Assembly: GCA_020891255.1 (NCBI GenBank)
Contig: BQFW01000016.1
Span: 61,481 to 125,480, forward strand
From: Entomortierella parvispora E1425
Lineage: Eukaryota; Fungi; Mortierellomycota
Direction of reading: 5' to 3'
Length of the DNA stretch: 64,000 bases
Made by a program: the position numbers and the translations under genes. The notes beneath the pieces are model-generated. The model was not told where the DNA came from and searched no databases. It saw only the letters and a program-made list of their open reading frames with translations. Positions 1-13,400 of the stretch are shown one piece after another (position 1 is the stretch's first letter; each line of letters starts with the position of its first letter).

Positions 1-997
1 CCTCGAAGTCCCAAATAGTGGATATATCCGATAATGTTGCCTTGTGATTCAATAAAGCCAGAATAACATCCGCAGAGAGATATTCGTATGGAAATCTGAC
101 TGATCTCAGTTTACGGAAGACTTTGGCAAGGAAATCGGATAAGAGGGGAAGTGGTGTTCTCCACGTTTCAATGTCGCGCACTTTTGGACAGCACAGTTTT
201 GTTTCGAGCATGATACGTTCAACGGGAACGATTAATGTTTCTTCCGAGGGATAGATAGTGCATTGGGTGAGTTCTGGGAAATGAGCCAGCAATGAAAACC
301 CGAGGGGTGCGATATCTGAATCAGGATCGGGTTTGAAAACCTCCTCGAGAGTCACAGTGAATTGGGTCACTCCAGTGTGCTGAAAGGTATCGACGAACGG
401 GCCGGCGAGTAGGGCAACATTAGACTGCAGGTCCACTGATCTAAGTAGAGGACAACCCCTTAGCAAAGCTGTGAACGAAGCTCGACTGATGCAGACACGG
501 TAGAGAGTAATGCTAAAGAGTCGGGATGCGGATGACTGTGGGATGACTGAGTCCAAGGAGATCATCCGAGTTGAGAGATCGTCTGCATTTTCATCATGAA
601 TCATCTTTAGTGCCAAATGTTCGAGGCTTTTGTTGTTGTTCCTGATGAGATCCATGCTGAGAATACGGAATCTGGTGGTTCTAGCGCATTTCAAGGAAAG
701 ATCTCGCACGTTGCAGATATTCGGATGAAGAAGTGCGTCAAGCTGTCCTTGAGTTGCGATATTGTCGACCTCGCGGAGGTGCTGTCCAAGTCTGGCAGTA
801 ACTTTGCTCTCCAGGTCCTCAAAGGAACCTTGAGTGTTGAAGTCAACTGCACGCCAGACGATGGGAATAAAATCCTCATACCATTCCTTGGAGACTCGAA
901 CACAGGAGATGGCATCTGTCACAGAGATGTAACGGCTTATGTGACCTCGAATCTCAGGGATGTGGAGTGGACTCTTCTTGACAGACTCTGTCGACAT
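1..997 (-). CDS. F-box-like/LRR (RNI-like) protein, 3' end outside window
   Basis: Manual translation from ATG at 997: MSTESVKKSPLHIPEIRGHISRYISVTDAISCVRVSKEWYEDFIPIVWRAVDF, an F-box-like N-terminus typical of Mortierellaceae. Frame is open in the segments checked, including the last ones before position 1, with LRR-like stretches (LLRGCPLLRSVDL). Confidence 0.75.
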   Translation of the reverse strand, partial: MSTESVKKSPLHIPEIRGHISRYISVTDAISCVRVSKEWYEDFIPIVWRAVDFNTQGSFEDLESKVTARLGQHLREVDNIATQGQLDALLHPNICNVRDLSLKCARTTRFRILSMDLIRNNNKSLEHLALKMIHDENADDLSTRMISLDSVIPQSSASRLFSITLYRVCISRASFTALLRGCPLLRSVDLQSNVALLAGPFVDTFQHTGVTQFTVTLEEVFKPDPDSDIAPLGFSLLAHFPELTQCTIYPSEETLIVPVERIMLETKLCCPKVRDIETWRTPLPLLSDFLAKVFRKLRSVRFPYEYLSADVILALLNHKATLSDISTIWDFE

Positions 998-1309
998 GAC
1001 GCTGGTCTTATTCTATGCGGGAGGAGAAAACAATTAAGTCTCATATTCTTACACATTTTATTGCATTTGTCCTCCAGTTAATGTGTGTAGTAATACGACT
1101 TACTGTCAGGATTTGCTTCGAAAAGTTTACTGGCAAGATTAGTCAGTGAACGGAAAGCACAGACAACACGATGATGAATGGTTAATGGCAGATCAGATGA
1201 TGAGATGAAGATGCTCTCGCTTTTTATTTATTGGGAAGCAAATGCTCTTTCTTTTTGCTTTGTGTCACACTGAGTTTGAAAAGACAAAAAAAGCAGTTAT
1301 TGAACCATG

Positions 1310-2090
1310 ATCCAATGCTGGTAAAACTTGCACGCCATGGGATTGTTTCTTTTCCTTGATGGTTCGACTCTATATTGCAAGCATGGCCATTGTACGGCGC
1401 CGAGTTCAAAGGTAGGGTCTATCTGCAGTGGTTCAGCTACGATTAGGGGCACCGTCTCTTCCCGAAAGAGGATCCGGGAGCACAGGCAACCAAATTATTC
1501 AGGTGGACTCTGGGCATTCTCCAGACTGCTCCTGTATCTCATCGGATGAAGTGACTGGGCTGGCGATGCCCGTCGTCGGCGTTGGCGTCGTCGTTGTTGT
1601 TGTGGTGGTGGTGACGGTAGCTGTTCAACAATGACAGATGCTGCTTGCTCGATCTCCTCGTTGTTGCTGCCATGGTCATTGCCATCGTCCTCTTCTTCCT
1701 AGGTGTCCAGCAGCAAACCAGTCGGGGGCTCTGGAGACACTCTGGGGTCCTCAATAGACAGTGCTGATCCAAGTCTCTCTAGTTGCTCCATACTAGGGTC
1801 GTTACCGGTGGAGGATCTGTAAGCATAACAACAATATGTTAGTTGATGGTAGCATCCCTCTCAAATCAATCTTAAAGCCAGCCAATCTACCCCTGGAGCG
1901 ATGCAAACGACCTCGAGCTGAAATGAACCCATGACCACTGCGACTCTGTGACAATCGACCCGGCTTGAAATGTAACCCCGAAATGTCCTCATTGACGTGG
2001 TTGCTTGTAGACCTTTTCGAAATGTCCACAGGCATCGAGCAAAGGCATTGGCCATCATTAATAACATGAGCAAATTTCAATTGAATGACA
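1310..2090 (-). pseudogene. Degraded paralogous fragment of the Helitron-like gene start at ~28900-29750
   Basis: Reverse complement aligns by eye with 28950-29730 (e.g. gattgtcacagagtcg, cttggatcagcactgtc, ggatcctctttcgggaagagacggtgcc). Contains stops. Confidence 0.7.
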
Positions 2091-2685
2091 TCACTGGCCA
2101 AGGGCCTCCTCTTTGTTGTGTCGTGTTACAAAGGACGATAAAAGGCAGCAAGGGTAGACCAGACGAAGACAGAGCAAGGGCGAGGGTATGCATGCAGGGA
2201 GAACGAGAGCCAACAAAAGAAGCTCGTGCATGCAACGCGTGGCCGCGCCAGAAATGGCCACAGAAAGAACGTTTGACGTGGGTGCAGTGCGCGCATTTTG
2301 CAAGGAATGAAGGACAAGAGGTCAGGAGAGGAGCGAAGGGTAGTCTATTCAGAGTAGATCTATCCGGGGTCTGAGGAAGGCACGCAGATGGTATGGGTGG
2401 AGGCAAGATGGAAGAGCGATGCAGGAGTTGATGGAAGAACGATGTACTGTTGGAGTTGAGAAGGAACGGTCGCCCAGGAAGAATGGACGCAAGGCCTTGT
2501 CCCTGTTGTCTCAGTGCTTTGTTGCGCTGGATGCGCCAGGGACGGGATCAAATCTTTTTTTTTGTGAGATTTAGTTTCCTTTTTGGGCCATTTTAGCTCC
2601 GTTTTTTTCCCTCTCCTTGGTCTTTTTTCCTTCTTCTCCCTCGCCAACTACGCTCGCATGGACATGGACATGGATTGACCTTCAA

Positions 2686-3870
2686 ATGGACCGACCAACA
2701 GCGAGTTGCATTCATCCGGATCAAGCGCGCCATCTGCTCCGACATCGTCATCCACGTAGTCGACCCTGGCCTCATTACCGTCGTGGACACGGATGCATCT
2801 GGCTTTGCCGATTGCAGGGCGGAATTAATCCACCCATGAGCGTAAGCTTCTAGCTGTCATTCATTCCATGCGAGCCTGGCGCTACAACCTTGACGGCACC
2901 AAATTCACCATCAACACTGGCCATACTACACTCGTCGACCAGCTTAATGGATGGTTGTTGCGGGAGCACGACTTTGACTTCTACAAACCAGGTTGTGCCC
3001 GACGCTTTCTTGCGCCTACCGGAGTGCCACGACCTAAACCTCCATTAAGCTCTACAACCTCATTCTATCCCTATCCTCCGTCATCCACTACCAGCTTATG
3101 CAGGACTACGAGAGCGACCCTCGCCTCGGACCCATCTATAAGGACTACCTGGAAGGAAGGGTTGCTAATGGATATCGATAACGACCTCCTCTACTTCGCT
3201 CGACGAGGAGTTACTACCTCTAGCCATACCTCGGCACTCTCCCGTCCGCCTCACTCTCTTGCACGACGCCCACGACGCCCACGACTCTGCCACCGCTGGA
3301 CACTTTGGCTTTCAGATGATCTACGACAACCTGCGCCGCTTGTGTGTTGGCCGCACATCGTCGAGGACCAGCAATGCGTTGCCACTTGTGAAAAGTGCCA
3401 GAGGAAAAGATCCCAGGAGCGACCCGTAGGACTGTTGCAACCCCTCTCCATCCTCTCTCAGCGCTGGGACGTTGTCACCATGGACTTACATCTTCCACCC
3501 ACAGCCTGCAACTTCAACGCCATTACGGTCTTTGTCGACAAGCTCACCAAGCTCGAACACTTTGTTCCCAGCACCACTTCCGCCACAGCTGTCGATGTCG
3601 CTCACCAGTTCTTCGACAATATCGTCAAGTTGCATGGCCTCCTCGCGTCCATCATCTGCGACCGCGACACACGTTTTACCGGCAGATTCTCGTAGGATAC
3701 AGACTGCTGGATTTAAAGCTAACTCTGTCTACGGCCTATCACCCACAGACGGATGGACAGACAGAGCTTATGAACAAGACGCTGAAGACTATGTCACGGG
3801 CCTTCGTTGACAATAAACGGTCGAACTGGGACCAGATACTTTCCTTCGCTGCCTTGGATCCTCATCCCTG
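2686..3870 (+). mobile_element. Degenerate Ty3/Gypsy pol relic (RNase H to integrase), same family as 14355-19420
   Basis: Near-colinear with ~17310-18610; QRWDVVTMD, VFVDKLTK, DRDTRF, AYHPQTDGQTE motifs with many frameshifts and deletions. Confidence 0.85.
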
Positions 3871-4456
3871 ATTCTTTTAAGAGATCTATGTACAACGGAC
3901 CACAAGGTAAGCATCTCCCCTGACTCCATTCCTGCCTACATGGGAGATTTGATCCAGATGAATGAAACTCCATGTATGACTCGATTCTAACTCTGGTTGG
4001 TGGCTTAAGCTCCTGTGCATGACCCCTACCTTTGCAGTAGGCTGATGTACCCAAAGGTGGTGTACTAAACCCATGCAAGAGAGAGGCTGTATGAAGGCTG
4101 AAGGAAGGAAAGGAAGGAGCCTTCCTAGGTCATGCCTAGCGAAAAAACGGGTGACAGGGTGTCATGAACCTGGGCTGATATGGAGTGCGCCCTCCTACGA
4201 TATCTCTCTCTAGGGATGGACCAGCTCCTGACACCCCCCTCAATGATATTCTGGTAATTGCCAGAAATGACTCTCTCCCCGTCATGCTGCTTTGGCTCTC
4301 CTCTCCATGCTGTTCTGGCTCCGCCCTCAATGCTCTTCTGGCAATTGACAGAACTGACTCTCTCCCCCTCAGGAGACCTCCAAAAGGTCTTTATTCTGTG
4401 CTGGATCTATTTAAGAGGGTCCCATCGCATCGGTCTACAGTGGTGGCATGTCTCTC

Positions 4457-4885
4457 TCAATATCTATGATATTCGCAAAAAAAGGGGATCCCTTTTTCCA
4501 AGAAAATGCTGACTTCAGTCTCTGTGGCGATAAGCTTGCACTGTCGTTGCTCTCTTCTAACATATCCATTGCACCGTAGATCCTCATTTAAAGGGTTGTG
4601 TTGACGACAAAAGTTGCCGAACTGACCAGGTGACACCTGAATGCGTTTGACATCATATCTCTTACAAGGACCATCCTTTGAAACGCAGATACCCTGGCAG
4701 GCAAGACTTCTTGAGATGGACACTTGAATAAGACCAAGCGTCAACTCTTCGAATTCAGATCCTGAATAGACAGCCTGCTCCTTTTCTTTCTCCTCTTCTT
4801 CCTCCTCTTCTTCCTCCTCCTCCTCTCCCTCCTCTTCTTCATCCTCCTCCTCTCCCTCAACTTCTTCGTCATGATCGTCCCTCTT
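4457..4885 (-). CDS. Putative exon: poly-Glu tract followed by Cys/His motifs (CQG..KDGPCK...FCRQH; RCNG...QCK)
   Basis: ORF track 4457..5008; repeated C-x-G...C...FCxxH pattern suggests a small zinc-binding repeat. Gene boundaries unresolved. Confidence 0.35.
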   Translation of the reverse strand, partial: KRDDHDEEVEGEEEDEEEEGEEEEEEEEEEEEKEKEQAVYSGSEFEELTLGLIQVSISRSLACQGICVSKDGPCKRYDVKRIQVSPGQFGNFCRQHNPLNEDLRCNGYVRREQRQCKLIATETEVSIFLEKGIPFFCEYHRY

Positions 4886-5435
4886 TGATTTAGGAAAGAG
4901 GGCAACAGGGGATTTTCTATATTCTCTATTCTTTTGTTCGCACTTGTTATTTTGCGAAAGACATCTATTCGTCATTTTCTTGGTAAAAAAATATATTTGA
5001 ACAAGCATGCAGCAAGAATTAAACTAATGATTAGAGTCCTAAATGCGAGAAATAGCTATCCTGCAAAGCAAGTGCATTATAGACTCGCTTTGTTGCTTAC
5101 CCGTTCTTTTCTGTTCTTGGTCAAGGTCTGTTAGATGAATGCTTGTTGTGAATGATGTGTGAAAGAAGGAAAGAGGAGCATGAAAGGAAATATGACTCAA
5201 GCACTTATATCGAATTCAAAATATTGATCTTCAACTCCGGCCAGATGCAAAAGCTCTATCCTGTTCACTTTAAGGCGGCATCCAGCGCACGCCATGGTCG
5301 CACACAGTAGTCCAGGAGGGTAGGCATCGTCTCGTGGCTCCCTGAGCCAGTCCGAGCTAAAGTATGCCACAAATCTGCCACAATGAGCAGCAAATTTTGA
5401 GCCAATCAAGCTTGAATCGTACAGTACATCTTCAC

Positions 5436-5760
5436 TAGGCTCGTCACCATCCCCTCCGCCAGCCACAGTGAGGTGAAGTTCCCAAAGAGGAAACCCTCAT
5501 CTTTTGCTTCTGGAGGGGCTGGTCGCAAAGTCGGGGGTCTAATAGAGCTCTGTGTACACCCTTCCACACCATGTAAAAATTTCAAAAAATTATTTCGTCT
5601 ACACGGCGTGAATCATGATGTTGGAGAAGTGTGCACACAGCTCTATGAGACCCCCAACTCTGCGACCAGCCCCTCCAGAAGCAAAAGATGAGGGTTTCCT
5701 CTTTAGGAAATGCACCTTGCACTCACGTGACTCCTGGCGGAGGGGATGGTGACGAGCCTA
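5436..5760. mobile_element. Foldback MITE with ~130-bp imperfect TIRs and 9-bp TSD (Mutator-like)
   Basis: Arms taggctcgtcaccatcccctccgcc... and ...ggcggaggggatggtgacgagccta; catcttcac directly flanks both ends (5427-5435, 5761-5769). Confidence 0.8.
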
Positions 5761-6039
5761 CATCTTCACGTACATCCTTACGCACATCCTTACGTACATC
5801 CAGCACCATTCCATTGTAACCACACATTCTCAACTCAATAGTGGATCAAGTACGTTCTCATGGTATCTCTTCATTTGCATATGAAAAAACAAACTCTAGA
5901 CAGTCTTCTATTTGTCAGTTTAGCTTCTTTTTAATGCTAGTGTACCGTTGCTCTACTCTGACCCAGTCATGGATTTGGATGGAGTCAACACATGCAAGCT
6001 TATCACTACTTGTTGCCTCTGCCGTAATTCCTCACGTCC

Positions 6040-6380
6040 TCACATCCTAACGTCCACATCCATCCTCACGCTCATCCTCACACTCATCCTTACACCCATC
6101 CTCACACCTACCCTCGCCTGAATCATCACCTCCGTCTCCACACCCATTCTCACACCTACCCTCGCCACAATCATCACCTCCGTCTCCACACCCATCCTTA
6201 TTCCAATCCTCACACCTAACCTCACATTCCACGCTCCTCACCCATTGACACAACTGTTCCGACCGCTCACGTCCTTACGCCCTCACATCCTCGCTCCCAT
6301 ACATTCTTGCGCTTTTACATCCTCACCTCGTCACCTCGTCACCTCGTCACCTCGTCACGTCCTCACACCCTCGCACCCAT
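6040..6380. repeat. Low-complexity C/A/T-rich degenerate tandem repeats (catcctcacacc-like; cacctcgt x4)
   Basis: Seen directly in sequence. Confidence 0.6.
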
Positions 6381-6930
6381 CGCTTGAAATAATCAAATCT
6401 TTTTAAATATTCCCTCTTTTTACTTCTTGCTAATCTGTGGAGGACTGGATCCACTAGCTACTTGGGATAATGTACTGTTCGAATTGGGCATTTACAGGCT
6501 AGTCAAACCCCAGAACGATCTTTGTTAGTCTAATTCCTCTCCGGTTGCCGTCTGTCACGAACCGGCAATGAGGATCGGACTGCGAAATTGGCCAGGACCT
6601 TGGCTCATTACAGTAAAACGCGGGTGAAGTTTAGGAGTTGCAACTCAAGTCATTGTCGAGTCTAAGATTACTAGTACAATCGCTTTGTGTTCTTTCCTGA
6701 TCTGTAATCCATAATACATCTTATGACATGTACCGTCTTCGAGCCATTACAGCATCCTCTTACAACCTTTCCTTTGAACAGAGACCCGTCTGTCCTGCCC
6801 TGCTCATTCACACCTTTCACATCCTGCTTTCTCCTGTTCGCCATTTCCTATTGTCTCCCCCTGCGTTGCTCCGTCCTACCCTGTCCTACTCATCCCTATC
6901 TTGTCCTGCCCCGTCCTGCCCCATCCTGCT

Positions 6931-7000
6931 CTTCCTTGCCCTTCCTTGCCCTTCCTTGCCCTTCCTTGCCCTTCCTTGCCCTTCCTTGCCCTCCCTTGCC
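6931..7000. repeat. 10-bp minisatellite (cttccttgcc) x7
   Basis: Six perfect copies plus one variant. Confidence 0.95.
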
Positions 7001-7213
7001 CTTCCCTTCCTTATCCTCCCTTGCCTTTCCCTTCCTCTCCTCTCCTCCCCACTCCTTTCCTTTTCCCTCCTTCGTACCTTTTTCAGTTCAGATAATAAAA
7101 TTATTTTCAGTCCAGTTCAAAGTTCCTGATTCATTTATTGAGCGTATTCTAGTCTGTCGAAGAAGTGAACGAGAGAGATCTTGTCACTAAATGTATTAGA
7201 GAACACAATGAAC

Positions 7214-10049
7214 TTACTGCGCAGACGTGATTAGTCTGATCAACCTTTTTAGATTGATAACATCCTCCAGGCGCTCTGCGATACCCTCGAAAAAAAAGGT
7301 ATCCAAATTTGAGAGGTTGATGTGCACCATCACATCGTCCGTGTCGGCGACTCGGTCAGTTTTGACATGAGTAACTGGGTTACCACCACAGACTCCAGGA
7401 ATTTCAATGTGAATACGAAGGATGCCCCTGAGGTTGGCTGGAGTGCCCGAATCCACAAATTCCTGCCGAATACCTGAATTTCCGTCGGTCACGTTGATTC
7501 CATCCTTCTTTAAGAAGCAGCCTCGAATGTCGCTGGAAGTCTTGTTAGAGAGGGCCGTTGCTTCCTTGATGTTGTCACTGTAGAGCTTAATTGCGAGAGA
7601 GCCAGCGTAGTGGTTGTCAGAGAAAAACCAGAGTCCATCTGGACGCGTGCCGAAATTAGCAACGAGCATCTGATTCGGAGGACAATCTTTGAGGAAGGCA
7701 AGATCAGCTCGGAGACCAGTCTCTGAATACCCATATCCGTTGGCTGTGTTGATCGTATCAATCTGGAGGATCAGGTCATTGCACCAGGCAGGTAGAGTCA
7801 CACCTTGAAGGAACGGAAGGTCAACAACACGGTAACCATTGAAGCGCTGAATACAACGACGAACAAGAGGTTCAAACGCATCTCCTTTTGAGGTCGAGCC
7901 AAGTCCAAAGTTGGTGACAATCCTGAAAATCTGATCCAAGTACTCCAAGAATGCTGGATCCTTGCCAGAAGCCTTTAGCTCTATCTCCACCGCCTCAATG
8001 ACCATCGGCTCGTCCATAATCAAGTGGATCCCGTCAGGATGTGGCCGCAGCTTGCACAGGGCCTTATCCACAAAGTCAGCCTGATCCTTTCCTGCAAACG
8101 ATATTTTGCCGCCGTGGAGATGATAAGCCAAAACCATTCGGGAGAGAAGTCGAGCCATGCAGCCGGATCGGTCACCTGCGAGAATAGAACGTACTGATCC
8201 GCGAAGCCCCTCCAGAGTATGCTCGATCGAAGTATCTATGGCTTTTTCGAGCACAGTTTGCTTATCATCTTCAGGAGATGAGGGTTTGGTGAGACGGTTG
8301 ACGACGTCAACAACAAATCGGGCTCGTCCTGCCAGCTTGCGGCGCTTCGGCTCAGGGATGACACAATCCTCCATATCAACCAAATCAAAGAGCATCCTGG
8401 AGACGTCGTCTTTGCAAAAACGGGGAAAGTCGGTGATTTTAGAGTCGTTGGTCTGCTTGGCAACAGCCGAGTACACATGATCTGCATTCTGTAGTGAAAG
8501 AGCCGTTCCAAGGATCACTAAGGTGGCTTGAAAGTTGTTGAGTGTTGCAGATAACGGGGTGAGAAAGCCACGAAGACACTCGGGACGGATCTGGTTTTTA
8601 TCGTCAAAGAGTGTATTCCTGTTCTTGAGAGCGGATGGAGAGATGAGCTTCTTCTGCAAAATCAAATTCGATGCCACTTGCGCCTCATCCAGTGCAATAA
8701 CTACTCCAAGTCCCCTGGGAAGAAGATGGGCTCGAATGTTGGATTGGACCTGTCCGAGTATGGCATTAACCGTACGAGTGTCGTAATCCCGTACCCTGTT
8801 AACCAGTTTCCTAATAGTCGACGCACCACGTTCGCTAGTCTGCTCATGAAAGAATTGTCGAGGCTCGAGACCAGGATTGTTGTCCAAGAGATTAAGAAGG
8901 AAGAGGAGCCTTGCAAGGAATTCGATGTCGACGCGCTCCCCTGCTAGAGCTTTGACTTCTGAATCGGTATCTACTGCATCCTGGCAACCTCCTTGATTCT
9001 TGTGAATGATGGCCCTGTACATGCTTTCGATATCCTTCGCAAGCTGAACGAAATTGGGGTCTTTGAATCCAGGAGAGGCAGCAGGGCTTGGAATACAACA
9101 GACAGCATATACGACAAAGTGCTTGCTCGCAAGGTCGATCACAGTTGCTGTCTTTCCGCTTCCAGACGGCGCCACCATTGCCACCACACGATGATCACTA
9201 GATCTGCCGACGTCCTTGTCCACAATTTCACGAAGAGTTTCGCCTTCGCTCGTCTTTGCCTGCTTATCCAGTTCCAGTCCCAACATCACCAAGCTGATAT
9301 TCTCTGCCTTTTCGTGGTACGGGAGAGGCCTCTTGTAAAACCGGCCCAATAATTCTCGTTGGGAGACTTCCACATCCTTGACGCTGATACTGTTGGTCGT
9401 GTGGTAACGGCCCACACCTTCGAGGATATCCTTCAACTCAGCCTCGATGTCCTTCTGCGGAATGAAAATGGACGGGATGGGGGTAGCTGTGTAATGAAAA
9501 GAAAAAAGGAACAACTTCAGCTAATTGGAACGGGTTGTCGTCAATTTACAATGGGTCAAGTCGGTAGCACTTACATGAGCGTGATACATCTCGGGAAAGG
9601 GCTGCTCTGTGCGCAACTGTGGGCGCAGTACCTGTGTCGGAGTAAGACGTGAATTAAGACAAGGTTAGAACAATGGACAGGCTCACAATGAAGCATAATT
9701 GAATGACAAGCAAGGCTGCATTACCTGGCCGCTGGATGATAATGCTGATTGTTTTCTTCGGGGGTTGAGCATCAAAGACATCAGAGATGTCGTCCGTCGC
9801 CCTGAGTTTTGTCTTTTCAGGCTGAACGTCAAGAACAATGGGAAGGTCGTCGTCACCGTCGTCTTTAATTGAAACGCGCCAGAGAGTGAGATCCTTGGCG
9901 GTAATGTCGTCGAAGTCGGGAGTCTGTTTGGCTTTGATTGCGTCTTTGAGGTCGTCGATGGTGTCGCTCGAGGGAATCTTGATTGAGAAGGCGTTGGAGG
10001 TAGCCTCTCCGTCGACAACACAGAACAGACTAAGGCGGTTGTCGGTCAT
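7214..10049 (-). CDS. CRN: Crinkler (CRN)-family protein: N-terminal ubiquitin-like CRN header + P-loop NTPase + PD-(D/E)xK-like nuclease; 3 exons (10049-9725, 9631-9575, 9486-7214)
   Basis: MTDNRLSLFCVVDGEATSNAFSIKI...LTLWRVSI...ISIIIQRP header; Walker A APSGSGKT, Walker B ALDEAQ; C-terminal KGDAFE, RPDGLWF, LAIKLYS; GT-AG introns preserve the frame. Confidence 0.9.
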
Positions 10050-10465
10050 GGTGCTGCGAAGCATAGGAAGAGGTGGTAATGTCTGAAGGTACGATGGAAG
10101 TTGAAGGGAAAAGGTAGACAAGCAAGGATGATGATGCCAAGGACGGGGTATAAGGGCTAAAGGTGAGGGCGAGGCGGTGGCAAAGGATGGCGTGGGAGTG
10201 GTGGCAAAATAATATGAAAGAAACCTGGGCGAAAGCGGTGCGCATGCATACATATGGAGCAAAATAGCAACCCAAAATTCGGTGACGTCATGTAGATTTT
10301 TAACTGATCGGTGACGTAGTTGTAGCAATTTTTGAGCTACAACGAAGACACATGCCATGATGCATGGGATACTCTGATGCATGACTCCATTGCCCTTCCA
10401 CTCTGACACCTTACCTACGGCATACTTATTGAAACACTATACCATCCCTCGCCCACTGCTGCATC

Positions 10466-13400
10466 ATGTCCAACTCTTCAAAGTAAGTCTGCATTATTTA
10501 CTGTAACGTGAGCAGGAAGGCTTTTGATGGCTCTTTGGACATGTCTCTCTCCGTGACGGGCCTATAGTGTCCTTTGAGTTGACCGTGTTGTGCCGATAGC
10601 ATAGGCTATATGCAACCCTTGGGAAGTCCGCTATTGTTAGGGCTTTACTTGTGGTGTCGACCTACATCGTTATAGTCATTGCTGCATCCTTCCTTTGGTC
10701 ATGCTTAGCAGAGATTGATCATTGGTTTTTCTGCTTACGATTTGACGAGGGAGGTGTTGACGATTCTTTGGACATGCCTCTCTACGCGACGGGCTTATAG
10801 TGTTCATTGAGTTGACCGTGTTGTGCCGATAGCATAGGCTATATGCAACCCTTGGGAAGTCCGCTATTGTTAGGGCTTTACTTGTGGTGTCGACCTACAT
10901 CGTCGTAGTCACCGCTGCATCCTACTTCTAATCATGCTTAGCAGAGATTGATTGGACGTTTCTTTTGAGAATCGTCAACTTTAATTGTTGTTTGAATTTG
11001 AGTTGCATCGATTACCTCATTCTTTTTAATGTGTTTTATCTTCATTTTTTGAACTGTAATCTGTACCTTTAGTACCTCTTGGAGGCTCGAGTTATCAAAG
11101 CTGCCATTTGCATTGTACTTCGACAAAATCGGACATCCTAGTAACATTCGTTTCATTGACTTTATACGAAGTTGCGCAACCTCCACATTATGTAAAAGGG
11201 ACATTCACCACTCGTGGATAACGAATATCTTGCCCATGTTGACAAAAAGCAAATGTCAGGCACTTCGTGAAGCTGGAACCAACTTGATGAAAAGCTGGTC
11301 AATAGACAAGCAAGCAGGGGAGGTGGTGCGCTTCTGGCAAACTATGGAGGAAAAGGAGGCTAAAGATCGACATCTTCATGCTCTCCATGTGGGAGTCTAT
11401 GAGCGGGAAACAGCGGTAACGGAATTGCACACTAAGGACATTCTTCATGACTTTGGCCAAGGTAAATTTTTGAACGAACAAGTTGACTTGTTCTTTACTG
11501 TGAGTGTACTTAACGTGATGTTTATTTGACTTGTTCTGTTTGTCCTTACATGTGCAGATGTATCCTCTGCATCAGCGAGTACATCAGCGCCGTCTTTATC
11601 CTTCAATTTCAGCGGTGCAGGTAAGCTACTTGTCGCACGGGGTGCTTCAAAGACATGTTCTCCTCAAAGAATGATGTGTGTACAACTTTCGTCCCCTTTT
11701 ACTAGCTGGTCAGAAGCATCCTCGCGACCACCTCGAGAAACAGGATGAGGCATCAAAAAGAACTGCCTGTAATGCATGGGGTATGTCATGAAATGACACA
11801 ATGACAATAAGCCATGGTTAGTCCAGAAGTGTGAGTGGCGCCATTCCCTTCTTATCCCTCTTTTTTTTTTTTTTTTTTTTTTTGGCAACCTTTACACTCA
11901 GGTCCATTTGTCGAGTCTCAGCTGTCCTCTGACCTCCTCCGCACACCATTGCAATCCCCGACGCCGTCGGAGCCGTCCAGCCCGGTCCGGCCATTAATAT
12001 TACCGGCGAAGAATCAGGATGAGGAACAATTCACAATTACTTGTAGCCAGCAGCGTGTTGACGACTCTGACACTTTCTTTACAACTGCAACCGAGCGTCA
12101 GCGTTGTGAATATCTTTTGCAGGAACTTCGTGATGGGAGACAACTGCCTCAAAGCCGTAATCGCCCAGAATACAGCTTCAATCTTCCTCTTGGTGGGAAG
12201 GATTGGGGGCCTCAAATGACTAAGATCTATGACGCAACGCGAAAGAAGACAGATCTGACCTTCGAAGATCTCAACGACATTGCGTATGTATTCTTGCGTT
12301 ACCGTAAGTTCTTTGTTCAGGTTGGTATATGAGAAATTATAACGTTTTTTTTTTTTTTTTTTTTTTTTTTTTTCATTTGTAGGGTTTTGTCAGGTGTACT
12401 TCATGTTGACGAAAAGCATGCACATTTTTCCAAGGACGAGATTTCGCAAATCCGTCGGGATGTGCTAAAGATTTTCTACACCAAGGAACAACAAGAAGGG
12501 GATCTGATACGAGCACAAGTTGCAAGAGGCCACTGGGCAGCGTGGTATGAGGTAGGCGGACTTTCTTTGTTCTATCAATATCAGCCTAATCTAACATCCG
12601 CTGGCATCTACTAACGTGATTAGTCTTCTACTTGCAGCGCTGGACCAATATTGAGCTGGCTGCACGTCTGGATGCTGAAGAAGGAGCGGAGAGTACGCTG
12701 GATACTACACCAGTTATCGATTTGATTATGGCTGCTTATGAGGACTGTAAGACAAAGAATATACTCCCCGTCCTGTTCATGGCTTTACATGTATTCAGGA
12801 AGTTCAACAAATGGTCAAGACTGCGAAGTGAGGCGGACTGTGCAATGGCGATGGTTGGCCCGATTCTGGAAGAGGTTCTTCATATCCAGCACGAAGTAAA
12901 GTTTACAAGGTCAGTTTTAGCTGCCTTTCATTACTCGTTTCTATTTTGCTTTCTAAAAGGTAATAAGTATCGTTTTGCTATTTTTAGCGCAAACTTCACT
13001 ACTGTTCATGGGAAGGAACGAAAGCAGGAGTTAGGTCAACATGGTTCCTCTCGACAGCCAGATGTTGTCGGGTGCACTGTTGACGGCAAGGAGATATATT
13101 TTGGCGAGCTCAAGGGTATCCATGTAACAAAGCAAGATGTGAATGTGGACATCTTACGACTGGCGATCTTTGCCAAGGATGCCCTGGATCACCTGCATTG
13201 CATCCTGGCAGAGGACCCTCCCCTGTTAACATTCAGAACCAAGGGTAGATCGGTGGTGTTCTTCCTAGCAGTCAAACGTGGAAACGCAATTGTCCATGTT
13301 CGCATCTCAGCAATCGAACTTCCTTCGAAACTGGGAGAATTGAACCTCGACCAGGAGTTTTTTTTTCGACTCTTTCAAATCCAGACGCTTCTTGGTATCA

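Noticed and set aside
617-1081. 154-aa plus-strand ORF
   Set aside because: Antisense shadow of the F-box/LRR gene.
4088-4477. Possible solo LTR of another family (TG...CA, TATA-like)
   Set aside because: No second copy, TSD, PBS or PPT in the window.
6723-7190. Leu/Pro/Cys-rich ORFs
   Set aside because: Produced by the 10-bp minisatellite.
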